DNA of 64,000 bases from Antedon mediterranea (lineage: Eukaryota > Animalia > Echinodermata): NCBI RefSeq assembly GCF_964355755.1, contig NC_092670.1, forward strand, positions 41,205,388 through 41,269,387, written 5' to 3'. A model generated the notes under the pieces. The model had not been told where the DNA came from. It was given only the letters and a program-made list of their open reading frames with translations, and made no database searches. This document shows positions 24,601 through 41,890 of this stretch, one piece after another. The position numbers were made by a program, and so were the translations under genes. Numbering within the stretch: position 1 is the stretch's first letter; every line of letters starts with the position of its first letter.

Positions 24601-27600
24601 CATTCAACGCAAGGTAAAAGGCTATTGCATTTTTTAAAAAAGTTTTTAATGAAATTTAACATATCCAATCCAATCTAATTTGTCTGCGATCATTTACAGT
24701 TTGTTAAATTATTTTAAATTGTGAAATATGTCTACCTGTTTTCTAGAGTATCCCAGAAATAATGGAAGGCAAAGATGTGGTTGCCATGGCAAGAACAGGT
24801 AGTGGAAAGACTGCTGCGTTTCTTATTCCAATGTTGGAGAAGCTGCAACAAAGGTCAGGGCAATCTGGTGCAAGAACCTTAATTCTGTCACCTACAAGAG
24901 AACTGGCTCTACAGACACTTAAGTTTGCCAAAGAGGTAAGTAGAATGAGTAGAACCTTAATTCTGTCACCTACAAGAGAACTGGCTCTACAGACACTTAA
25001 GTTTGCCAAAGAGGTAAGTAGAATGAGTAGAACCTTAATTCTGTCACCTACAAGAGAACTGGCTCTACAGACACTTAAGTTTGCCAAAGAGGTAAGTAGA
25101 ATGAGTAGAACCTTAATTCTGTCACCTACAAGAGAACTGGCTCTACAGACACTTAAGTTTGCCAAAGAGGTAAGTAGAATGAGTAGAACCTTAATTCTGT
25201 CACCTACAAGAGAACTGGCTCTACAGACACTTAAGTTTGCCAAAGAGGTAAGTAGAATGAGTTAAGAACAAAATCTTTATAAATAAAAACTTACAGATAT
25301 ACTGAAGTAAAAATATAATAGTGATAATCTAATAGCTTTTTCTGTAACTTTATATTATCAAGAGTTCAAACAATAAATAAAAGTATTACTCTAATTGTTC
25401 CATTTTTTTTTTATTAACATTTTATATTTGTTGTATTTTCAGTTAGGTCGTTTCACAGATCTGCGTGCAGAGGTAATTCTAGGGGGCGACAGCATGGAAG
25501 AACAATTTGCTGCCTTACATGAGAATCCTGATATAATTATTGCAACACCTGGTCGTTTATTACATATCATTATGGAGATGGATCTAAAATTGAAAGCAGT
25601 TCAGTATGTTGTCTTCGATGAGGCTGACAGGTGAATATTTAGATTTTATTGTAGTTCAGTGTGTTGTCTTTGATTAGGCTGACAGGTGAATATTTAGATT
25701 TTATTGTAGTTCAGTATGTTGTCTTTGATGAGGCTGACAGGTGAATATTTAGATTTTATTGTAGTTTAGTATGTTGTCTTTGATTAGGCTGACAGGTGAA
25801 TATTTAGATTTTATTGTAGTTCAGTATGTTGTCTTTGATGAGGCTGACAGGTGAATATTTAGATTTTATTGTAGTTCAGTATGTTGTCTTTGATTAGGCT
25901 GACAGGTGAATATTTAGATTTTATTGTAGTTCAGTATGTTGTCTTCGATGAGGCTGACAGGTGAATATTTAGATTTTATTGTAGTTCAGTATGTTGTCTT
26001 TGATGAGGCTGACAGGTGAATATTTAGATTTTATTGTAGTTCAGTATGTTGTCTTAGATGAGGCTGACAGGTGAATATTTAGATTTTATTGTAGTTCAGT
26101 ATGTTGTCTTTGATTAGGCTGACAGGTGAATATTTAGGTTTTATTGTAGTTCAGTATGTTGTCTTTGATGAGGCTGACATGTGAATATTTAGATTTTATT
26201 GTAGTTCAGTATGTTGTCTTAGATGAGGCTGACAGGTGAATATTTAGATTTTATTGTAGTTCAGTATGTTGTCTTTGATGAGGCTGAAAGGTGAATATTT
26301 AGATTTTATTGTAGTTCAGTATGTTGTCTTTGATGAGGCTGACAGGTGAATATTTAGATTTTATTGTAGTTCCGTATGTTGTCTTTGATTAGGCTGACAG
26401 GTGAATATTTAGATTTTATTGTAGTTCAGTATGTTGTCTTCGATGAGGCTGACAGGTGAATATTTAGATTTTATTGTAGTTCAGTATGTTGTCTTAGATG
26501 AGGCTGACAGGTGAATATTTAGATTTTATTGTAGTTCAGTATGTTGTCTTTGATTAGGCTGACAGGTGAATATTTAGATTTTATTGTAGTTCAGTATGTT
26601 GTCTTTGATGAGGCTGACAGGTGAATATTTAGATTTTATTGTAGTTCAGTATGTTGTCTTTGATGAGGCTGACAGGTGAATATTTAGATTTTATTGTAGT
26701 TCAGTATGTTGTCTTTGATTAGGCTGACAGGTGAATATTTAGATTTTATTGTAGTTCAGTATGTTGTCTTTGATTAGGCTGACAGGTGAATATTTAGATT
26801 TTATTGTAGTTCAGTATTTGATTTGATTTATTTTGATACCATACAAAGTTAACAAATACAGATATACAGGTAAATATTCATGATTGTATTCAGTACATTG
26901 TCTTTGGTGAGAAAAATATTCATTTTGCTGTTGAATTATTGTAGTGTGTACCGTGTTGTGGAGAAGCATTTCCTAGGGAACTCAATTGACAACATACAAG
27001 TCCATGCGCTGTCTTTTTGAAGTTCTGGTTTGTTAAAGCATAAAGAAATGGGTTTATTGCTGCATTGGTCCAAACCAAAACATTAGCACTTCTTATAAAA
27101 ACCATTGATGTTTGGTTGTCCTTATTTGTAAAAACAGCAATACCGTAAGGAATCCAGCAGAAACATGTAATGCTAACAATAGCAATAACAGCTTTCATGA
27201 CTCTAAATTCTGGATTGCGTGGCGCTTGTGATATGGTTCTAGGTAATGTTCTACCATTCCGCATTGTTAGTGAATGTGTATGTACACGTCGTCTGCTCTC
27301 ATGATAAGCTTTATATATCAAGTAATTTGTAATAGTAACAAGACAAAGTGAATAACCCATTGCATATCCTATTATGATTGCTTCAAACGTCCATGATTCC
27401 AAATCTCCATAAACTATTGCGCAATGTCGTAATGCAACGTTAAATCCCACCTCACCAAAACCACACATTGGCGCTAACACCGGCCCAAGAGTCAACAGAA
27501 AGTTTATACAAATCGTAAACACAATATATTTGTATTGTGTAAAGCGGATGTAAAATCTATGAGATTTAGTTATCAGTATATAACGATTAATACTAATAGT

Positions 27601-30600
27601 TGTCAGGGTAGTTAAAGACATGCCTAGAGTCCAAAGTGTAACATATCCCAGAAACTTACACAAATTACAATCAAGGTTCCAACTGTTGTTGTACACACTA
27701 TAAATAAAGAATGGCATAAGAAAGCCTGTAGTGATCAGATCAAAGACTGCTAGATTGGCAACCCAAAAGTAAGTTACAGTCCGTAATGCTGGCGTGAATA
27801 TAATGGCTGATATCACAAATATGTTACCCACACTTCCTACAATACATAAAGTAATGAGGTAGATAACTTCAATGACTGTTCCAAAAGGCCCGCTGGATTC
27901 TGTCAGAATGTCTGTCACATTCACTATTATGGGATAGCAGTAATTTGCCATGATTTGGAAATATTCAATTCAATCTTTTGATTTTTACTAAACAATCCAC
28001 TGAGACCTAAACAGAGATTAAAACAAAAAAAGTAGTGATAATAATAAAGAAATTTAGGAATTCTATGACTATAGAACATGTCAATTACTTGATAAATGAA
28101 ATGAGAATGTAGCTATTAGTATTATGGATCATGAAATGAGAATGTAGCTATTAGTATTATGGATCATGAAATGAGAATGTAGCTATTAGTATTATGGATC
28201 ATAAAATGAGAATGTAGCTATTATGGATCATGAAATGAGAATGTAGCTATTATGGATCATGAAATGAGAATGTAGCTATTAGTATTATGGATCATGAAAT
28301 GAGAATGTAGCTATTAGTATTATGGATCATGAAATGAGAATGTAGCTATTAGTATTATGGATCATGAAATGAGAATGTAGCTATTAGTATTATGGATCAT
28401 GAAATGAGAATGTAGCTATTAGTATTATGGATCATGAAATGAGAATGTAGCTATTAGTATTATGGATCATGAAATGAGAATGTAGCTATTAGTATTATGG
28501 ATCATGAAAATGTTTGGATAACAACAGAAAATGAATGAAAACAGTGGTATATTCATCATGATGCCAACATCTGGTGAGCTATCGATATAGAGTGAATATA
28601 AATATTGAGCTATGCTTCCTGGTCCCCATGGTATACCTTAAATTAATTAAATAAAACATTTACACAAATAAAATCATACTTACCGCCGACATCATACTTA
28701 CCGCCGACACTGGGAGTTGGGAACAACTAACAAGACCATTTCAACTTGACCAGATTCAGATTTCTAATAAGATTTTTAATTCTTGCTTGGAGTATGAAAT
28801 TTAATTCTTTTAAGGCTCTGTTTACCTTAATCTTGAGTTGTATGACGAAACATGTTTGATTAAATGCCATATCATAGATATAATTATCAAAGTAGATTGC
28901 ACTAATAACTTATATCAAGTTGAAACACTTAATTATATCATGGAGGGATGATTATATTGTGAAGCTAATGGGCTTGTTTACCGTAACTGTCCATTAGTCT
29001 TGTGTAAAGTAAAGTGAATATTAATGTGTTTACCCTTAATATATTTACACCAGTATCTGCATATAGATAGACGAGGTATCAAATACCATACACAAGATCA
29101 TATCACATTTAGAATATTCCATTGGCATCTGTACGATATTATTCTGTTTTTATCTGATTTGGCAGTTAATACTTAGTTATACACTGTTTACCTCAGTATC
29201 AAATAAAAAATTTGTTTTTTTTTGTGTTTTGTGTGCATGCTACGTGTGTTGCTTTAACAACATTTTAAAGTTAAGTCGTGATGTAGTCATTGTAGGGCCA
29301 TTCAAAATGACTTGTTGACTTTTAGACCCTTGGTACCTCCCTGCTTGATGTTTAATCAAAATATTAATAAATGAATTTGTCTACTTTGACAGATTGTAAA
29401 TTACGGTCGCTCATTTCTCATTTGTTTATATTAGGTTATTTGAGCTTGGATTTGCTGAGCAATTAAGAGAGATAATTCAGAGATTACCTGACAACAGACA
29501 AACAGTCTTATTTTCTGCAACACTTCCAAAGTCATTGGTAGAATTTGCTCAGGCAGGTCTTAATGATCCTCTACTTATACGTCTTGATGTCGAAACTAAA
29601 ATCAGTGAAAATCTCAAGGTATATCAGATTTGATTTTTTTAATTATGGCGAAACAAATAAAATGTTGATAAACAAGCTGTTCAACAGAGTTAGATGTTTG
29701 GCAGAATATCGGTAAAATTCAAAATGCATACAACATAAATACCATAAATATTTGTATAATAATTGCTGATATAATAATTAGACATCAATTTGAGTCAAAA
29801 CCATTTAACGTTATTTCACCCATTGATTTTATAGACATCATTTCTTTGTATGAGGGCAGCAGATAAATTACCAGTGTTGATGTACCTGTTGAGAGAAGTT
29901 GTGAAAGCCAATGAACTTGCTGTTGTTTTTATGGCAACTAAACATCATGTAGAATTTGTTAAAGAGGTGAGATTGATGTTTGCATTCATTTCAAATTTGT
30001 AGTGTTTTACATTCACATGTTTGTGTACATGTAGATGATATCAAATTGAACATTTTTAGCAGTCTTTATTTGGCCAAGTCCAGTAATAAAAAAGGAACTG
30101 TTTTCCACAAACAGTATTTTAAAGAAATTGAGTCTTGAAATACAAAATAAAAAATGCTCTTCCAATTCTACAGTAATTAAAAACTAAACCTAAAATATAT
30201 TTTCTATCAAGATTCTAACGCAAGCTGGTGTAAGCTGTACTTACATCTTCAGCTCTCTTGACCAGACTGCACGTAAAATTAACGTGGCAAAATTTACAAA
30301 TAGAAAAACAAATGTGATGTTAGTGACAGATGTAGCTGCTCGTGGTATTGACATCCCAATGTTGGATTATGTCATAAATTTTAACTTCCCAGCAAAACCA
30401 AAGTTATTCATACACAGAGTTGGTAAGTTGTAACTTCTTCATTTGTATTGTAGTAGTGTGGCAAAAGCAGCTTGTAGTTTCTCATAAAGTTTTTTTAAAA
30501 TTGAGCTTTTTTAATTGTTTTTCAGGTCGTGTAGTTTTAAAAATTGAGTTAATTTGTTTTTCAGGTCGTGTAGTTTTAAAAATTGAGTTAATTTGTTTTT

Positions 30601-33600
30601 CAGGTCGTGTAGCAAGAGCTGGTCGTAGTGGTACAGCTTTCTCAATGGTAGCACCTGATGAATTGGCACATTTAGCTGACCTTCATCTGTTCCTTGGCCG
30701 ACCTTTGACATTCTGCCAAAGTTTACACACTAAAGGTGATGATCATATTAGTATCCACTGAATTCAATTTTAATGATTAAATTGAGTATGTAATGTCATA
30801 ATGTAAATATTATCAAGTAAATTTTGGTTTAAAATGATAACAAAATCACAAAAATAGGAGAACCCATTTGAAATAATATTTTGCAAAAGAATTAACACAA
30901 GTTCAAATTTACTACTAAGATGATGATGGCTTGTTTGGACGTGTGCCTCAAAGTATAGTGGAGGATGAAGCAGATCACATACAGCAGTTAGAAAACAGAT
31001 CAATGGAGATTGAAGGATTGAAAAAAGTTTGTCGCAATGCTTACTCACAATATCTTAAATCACGACCGGCGCCCTCTACGGCTAGTATTAAACGTATGAA
31101 AGAGTTTGATGGCGTTAATGTCATGTTGCATCCAATGTTTGGTAAGTTAATAATTTATAGAAGAATAATAACTATTAGATCAAAGTGAAACATAAAAACA
31201 AAATGTAAGTAATCTTAATATCCACAGAAAAGCATTTTTGAATTCATTATAATGAAATTTATTTTTAAATAGATGTAAATGATAAAGATGAAACTACAAG
31301 ATACCAACTTGTGGATGGAATCAAGAATTATAAAGCAAAAACGGTAAAATAAATAACTTGTTACACCCTTTCTCCACCAACTATATAATAAACTGTATAC
31401 AAAGTAAGGGTTAATTGTCAATACTTCACAGACAATATTTGAAACCAACACTACAGCAAAGAGTTCAGCATTTGATGTTATGAAAACAAAGAGAAGAATT
31501 CATCAAAACGCAGTTAGTAAAAGAAGGAATAGATTGGAAGAAAAGGAATCAATAGAAAGTGGAAAAAGTAGAAAAAGAAAAGCAAATGATGATGATGGTG
31601 TAAAAATGGCAATGGTAATTTTATTGATGTATTACTTATTGATTATAGAATGTTTTAATATGTGTATGTTTATATATGTTTATTGATCTATTACTTATTG
31701 ATTATAGAATGTTTTAATATGTGTATGTTTATATATGTTTATTGATCTATTACTTATTGATTATAGAATGTTTTAATATGTGTATGTTTATATATGTTTA
31801 TTGATCTATTACTTATTGATTATAGAATGTTTTAATATGTGTATGTTTATATATGTTTATTGATCTATTACTTATTGATTATAGAATGTTTTAATATGTG
31901 TATGTTTATATATGTTTCATATATGTATGCTTTAATGCTTCTTATAATCATATAAACCTAATAAGGAGTTGTTCTTATTTTTAAGGATACATTCTCAGTA
32001 GTAATAGACGGCAAAAGAGGACGTAAATCAGCCAAATTTGATGAGGGTAGTGATTACTATATTTCCTATACACCATCAGACAAACAAACAGAGCAAGGGT
32101 ACATATGCTTCTATTTTATCAAAGGGTATATTTATCATATTCATGTTACTTTTATCTGCATGTTATTTTTGTGTGTGTGTTTTATTTGACAGGCTAAGTG
32201 TTGGTTCATCGTTTAGTCATCAAGCTAAGTCTGCTGTACTTGACTTAACTCAGGATGACAGTCGGATAATGAATAAAAATCAGAAGCTTATTCGCTGGTA
32301 AGACAATTAATCTGTTATGTAGTGATATGCCCAAATATGGTAGTGATATGACATCATCATGTCCATATATGGGCACATCACATTTTTATACAGTTTCTTC
32401 AGTAATCAATTAACGTTTAAAATATAATAAACATTTGTTTAAATATTTCACTTTCTTTTTTTAGGGACAGAAAAAAGAAGAAATACATAAACGAAGCTGG
32501 AAAAGATACACTAAAGAAAATAAAAACAGAAAGTGGGATGTACATCTCGGCATCTTACAAAACAAACAGGTATATTCAACCAATGTTTATCAAATCAAGA
32601 TCACTAATTAAAAGCAGGTTGTTAATTAAATAATATATTTTAACTTTATTTGTTGTTTAGGTACAAAGATTGGCAAGAAAAGAGCAAGGTTGGTATGAGG
32701 GCAGCAGATGAAAGTGATGATGAAGATACAGCAAAAAGAAATGGTAAAGCCCTGCTTCTATATTGATTGCACACTGATTACTGTAGTACCTATTATGTAG
32801 AGCATTTAAAGAAATACTGTGTTTATATTGATTGCACACTGATTACTGTAGTACCTATTATGTAGAGCATTTAAAGAAATACTGTGTTTATATTGATTGC
32901 ACACTGATTACTGTAGTACCTATTATGTAGAGCATTTAAAGAAATACTGTGTTTATATTGATTGCACACTGATTACTGTAGTACCTATTATGTAGAGCAT
33001 TTAAAGAAATACTGTGTTTATATTGATTGCACACTGATTACTGTAGTACCTATTATGTAGAGCATTTAAAGAAATACTGTGTTTATATTTATTGCACACT
33101 GATTACTGTAGTACCTATTATGTAGAGCATTTAAAGAAATACTGTGTTTATATTGATTGCACACTGATTACTGTAGTACCTAGTATGTAGAGCATTTAAA
33201 GAAATACTGTGTTTATATTTATTGCACACTGATTACTGTAGTACCTATTATGTAGAGCATTTAAAGAAATACTGTGTTTTTTTAAAGGCAAACTTGGATT
33301 AAAATCAACGTTAGGAAATCGTTACCGTGGTCATCATAAACAACAAAAAGGAAAAGCACGAAATGAATTAATACCAAATGAGAAAATCTTAAAGACACGT
33401 AAGAAAAAAGAAAAGAATCAAGAAAGAAGTAAACCTAGGAAAGACCGGGGAAGAGATGGCAGGGGTGGAAGAGATGGCAGGGGTGGAAGAGATGGCAGGG
33501 GTGGAAGTGCTGGTAAAGGAGGCAATGTCTTTGGCAGAAAGGGAGTCAGCAATTTTGGTGGAGGCCGAGGAGGTGGAAGAGGCGGCCGAGTTGGTGGTGG

Positions 33601-33709
33601 AAGAGGTCGAGGTGGTGGAGGTCGAGGTGGTGGAGGCCGAGGTGGTGGAGGCCGAGGTGGTGGAAGCCGAGGTGGTGGAAGAGGTCGAGGTGGTAAATCC
33701 AAAAGATGA
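21662..33709 (+). CDS. DDX54: DEAD-box RNA helicase DDX54/Dbp10, multi-exon, with a C-terminal RGG tail
   Basis: Motifs [63 protein letters not shown] and a DBP10CT-like KIKTESG; RGG-rich about 33445-33700; TGA at 33707. Confidence 0.95.
21826..23078. mobile_element. Non-autonomous DNA transposon with subterminal inverted 16-bp arrays and an 8-bp TSD
   Basis: TSD gctagcta at 21818-21825 and 23079-23086; (cactccggccgcgctt) x~18 on the left and inverted copies at about 23023-23071. Confidence 0.85.
23115..24199. mobile_element. Non-autonomous DNA transposon with subterminal IRs and an 8-bp TSD
   Basis: TSD gttacgcc at 23107-23114 and 24200-24207; IR gggatgattcggcc / ggccgaatcgtccc. Confidence 0.85.
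24873..25262 (+). repeat. 78-bp x5 perfect in-frame repeat of DDX54 motif Ia plus 5' splice site
   Basis: The unit encodes [21 protein letters not shown] followed by |gtaagtagaatgagt; first donor at 24936. Confidence 0.97.
25598..26817 (+). repeat. 55-bp x22 repeat of the DDX54 DEAD motif plus 5' splice site
   Basis: Unit agttcagtatgttgtctt(c/t/a)gat(g/t)aggctgacag|gtgaatatttagattttattgt. Confidence 0.97.
26920..27951 (-). CDS. Rhodopsin-family (class A) GPCR with an intronless CDS, nested antisense in a DDX54 intron
   Basis: 343 aa with 7 hydrophobic segments. Motifs GN (TM1), NLAVFD (TM2), INRY (TM3, melatonin-receptor-like NRY), CWIP (TM6), NPFLY (TM7) and helix 8 NFKK. Confidence 0.93.
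   Translation of the reverse strand: MANYCYPIIVNVTDILTESSGPFGTVIEVIYLITLCIVGSVGNIFVISAIIFTPALRTVTYFWVANLAVFDLITTGFLMPFFIYSVYNNSWNLDCNLCKFLGYVTLWTLGMSLTTLTTISINRYILITKSHRFYIRFTQYKYIVFTICINFLLTLGPVLAPMCGFGEVGFNVALRHCAIVYGDLESWTFEAIIIGYAMGYSLCLVTITNYLIYKAYHESRRRVHTHSLTMRNGRTLPRTISQAPRNPEFRVMKAVIAIVSITCFCWIPYGIAVFTNKDNQTSMVFIRSANVLVWTNAAINPFLYALTNQNFKKTAHGLVCCQLSSLGNASPQHGTHYNNSTAK
28096..28508. repeat. 35-bp x~12 minisatellite in the probable 5' UTR intron of the GPCR
   Basis: Unit atgaaatgagaatgtagctattagtattatggatc; two copies carry a 7-bp deletion. Confidence 0.93.
30497..30612 (+). repeat. 39-bp x3 repeat of a DDX54 3' splice site
   Basis: tgtttttcag|gtcgtgtag with AGs ending at 30525, 30564 and 30603. 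Confidence 0.92.
31622..31917. repeat. 59-bp x5 intronic repeat
   Basis: tattgatctattacttattgattatagaatg... units starting a few bases after a donor. Confidence 0.9.
32759..33279. repeat. 65-bp x8 repeat filling almost the whole last DDX54 intron
   Basis: Unit tatattgattgcacactgattactgtagtacctattatgtagagcatttaaagaaatactgtgtt. Confidence 0.93.
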
Positions 33710-34349
33710 TTAAAAAAACAAAAATCAACAATTTGTTCATGGGTATAAAGAGCAATCAATAAAGTAAAAAGCTAATATATTTTGCATTTTGTTTTTATTT
33801 TACATCAATACAACAATACAGATATGATTATCAATAAGGGCAACAAAAGGCAAGCTTCTTTCACAAACTGGAGTAACATCGATAAGGACATTATTACATA
33901 CACTCTCAATGTACCAAAGTAACATCTATTATGTACTACATATAAATATATGGCTGATATTATTTATCAATATTTTCAATAGTGCATAGATAATGCTTTT
34001 GTGTTTGCAGGACTGGTGCCTTCTCCCATTGATGGGGTGTGTGTGCTAGTCACAGGGTGACTTTTGGTCTAAATTATAATCCCTGAGGAAATACAACTGG
34101 TAACTTTAAGTACCTAATATTAATTATAAATAAATAACATAGTAAGCAAGCACAATTTTTATCTCTTGAAATTGCACATTTTTCATCATTGTAAGCAGAA
34201 TAGTATCAACTTATACATTACGGTGATATCACATAGACGTACAGTGATTTCAGTTCAGTAAATAACAATACTTGGTTCACAGTATTAGCAACATGTAACT
34301 GAACACTGGGTTTTTATCTCTCTTGGTAATCATCAGAAGGAGCTTACTA

Positions 34350-39524
<5,175 letters not shown>

Positions 39525-40547
39525 AGCAACAAATCAAAATGAAACCTATTCTTTTCTTTAAAAAAAAGAATGAAAATATTAATTTACGGCAGATTGATTA
39601 GAAATAATTGTGTATGTGTGTAATTTATATTTTTTTACATATATTCTACATGATTATATATATGTTAATGTATCAACCGTCCCCATAGTCAATATAGTTT
39701 GATACTATATTTATTAATACTGTACTAATATAGTAATAGTGTGGTATGTTGTGGTGGCTAAAACTAAACTAGACAAATTGTCAACCGTGCGAAATAGAAT
39801 AATAAATAACACCTATTAATAATTATGTTTCACCGTGCCATGCCGATAGTTACTAATAGAAATACTAGCCTATGTACAACTAGGTTCTTTGGTACAGTAT
39901 TGTGCAGTAAGAATATTTATTGGTATTAGCTGTAGCCTATCTATAGTATAGTTTAAACATGGACTATTTTATACCTCCATGGTTTAAACATGGTACTACT
40001 ACCCTGCCTACTACTATGAATTTTCTCTACCAAGCAAGACATCATGGATAACAAGCATCGGTAATTATATATCATCCAGTGAATAAAATGGACGATTTGT
40101 CAAATATTACAACGAATATAAATTATGACTAAGATAAACAAGTTAAGTAATACTTTCAAAAAAAGAATTAGTGTCAAAAATTCACATACAAAACATATCA
40201 CATCTGTTCTCTCCTCCTCCCAATTTCCCAATTTTCACAAGTTGTTTGGCTGTTTGTGACCTGTTTTGACATTTTGGGTTATACCATTAACAGGTAAGGG
40301 AGAAAAGCAAACATTTTAGTTTTATTTTATTTTTAATACCCAATAGTTGTAATTGTATGAGGCTAATATATAAATTTAATTATTTATCAATAAATAAAAT
40401 ATTTATTTTAATTCATATCTGCATTTTTATTTAAACTAAACTTTTAATTCCAGACACTCGCCAGCATGCCGAAGAAGAAACTATTATTAAAGGAGCATGA
40501 TGGGAAGATTCGGGATTCCCACAAAACACAAAATCATCAAAACAAAC

Positions 40548-40937
40548 ATGGCGCTGTTACACAAAGTAATGATCACTTCTGTTTTTACCTCAATATTCTT
40601 GATTTTAGTCGCCTTGCGCTTAGATGAAGAAACGGCATGGAACTGGTTTATAATATTTATTCCTGTTTGGTTTTTTGACGCAATATTGGTTACTTACGTG
40701 ACCCTTCGTTTGATGAGACATTGTAGAAATGGATATGATCAGGCAGACACTTTGAAAAGTTTGACCTTAAAAGTTCAAATGCTTGTTGTTTTATTACTAA
40801 AGATTGTATTCCAGGTTCTGTTGTGTTTGAGACTGCAAGAAATCGGTGACCTGCGCTACTACTACGTGTTTATACCACTCTGGATGATATTCTCGCTTGG
40901 TGTTTACAAATTATGTCCAAGAATTAATGTCTCGTAA
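40548..40937 (+). CDS. TMEM60: Transmembrane protein 60 (TMEM60/TMEM185-type domain)
   Basis: FLILVALRLDE..WNWFIIFIPVWFFD, LLCLRLQ and YVFIPLW. The CDS lies in one exon after a 5' UTR intron (gtaagg about 40293, ccag about 40453); the start could be 40497. Confidence 0.88.
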   Translation: MALLHKVMITSVFTSIFLILVALRLDEETAWNWFIIFIPVWFFDAILVTYVTLRLMRHCRNGYDQADTLKSLTLKVQMLVVLLLKIVFQVLLCLRLQEIGDLRYYYVFIPLWMIFSLGVYKLCPRINVS

Positions 40938-41108
40938 AAAAGTTGAAACTTAAAACTTAATTACAATATAGAGAAGAACTGCTGAAAATGTATTGTGTAT
41001 GCTATTAATGTTTGATACTGCATTCCAAGACCAATAAGACAACATATTTACAGACAGCATTGAATTCAATAGCCAAGAAAGAATAGAAGGTTTATGTCTG
41101 CCTAAGCC

Positions 41109-41890
41109 AATAATAATAATAATAATAAATAACATTTTTAAAGCGCAAGAGACAAAGGTTTCAAAGCGCTGTGTTTTCCAAGATCTGTGCAAGTAGTAGC
41201 GTGTGATTATGCTTCTCTGAAGAGATGAGTTTTGAGTTTAGTTTTAAATGTGATTACAGATTTTGATGAGCGTATTTCGAGGGGTAGAGTGTTCCAGAGT
41301 TTTGGGGCTGCGACAGCGAAAGCACGATCACCGTAAAACCGAGTTCTGGAACGGGGTCCAGGTTTTAGAAGAAGTCTGCTGGATGAACGAAGTGTAGAGT
41401 TTGTTGACGGAGTAATGATGTCACATATGTAGGCTGGAGCACATCCGTTGATGGCCTTATATGTCAGCAACAGGATTTTAAAACGAATGCGCAGATCTAC
41501 AGGCAACCAGTGTAAGTCACGTAAAACGGGAGAAATATGTTCATGTCGTTTAGTGCCAGTGATAAGTCTTGCGGCGGAATTTTGGATTCGTTGAAGAGGA
41601 GACAGATAAGAAGTTGGTAGGCCGTACAGAAGCGAGTTATTACAGTCCAGACGAGATGAAACAAAAGCATGAACAAGACGTTCAGTTGATGTTTTGTCAA
41701 GGTACTTACGAATCTGGCCGATCTGGTAAATTCCAAAGGAAGCACCACGGCAAACATTACGAATGTGTTCTTTTAAACCGAGGCTGTTGTCTAGTTGGAC
41801 GCCAAGATTTCTGGCTGAGCTGGAGGTAGAGACACTAGTATCTCCAATGAACAATGACACAGCAAAAGTGGGATTTAGCTGAGAACTACT
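41109..41890 (-). mobile_element. 5'-truncated L2-clade LINE (RT C-terminal part, 3' stem-loop, (TTA)n tail)
   Basis: ARNLGV.LD, LVHAFVSSRLDCNNSLL, LHWLPV, AFAVAAPKLWN and FKTKLKTHLF; agcgctttga..gcgct stem-loop followed by (att)n. Confidence 0.92.

Noticed and set aside
24743-25243. 166-aa minus-strand ORF
   Set aside because: Antisense shadow of the DDX54 78-bp array.
25598-26817. Arrays as pure assembly artefacts
   Set aside because: Copies carry recurring, patterned variants and a diverged relic copy, which points to real evolution; a raw-read check is still needed.
33418-33759. Pro-rich, His-rich and Glu/Val-rich ORFs
   Set aside because: Alternative frames and strand of the DDX54 RGG tail.
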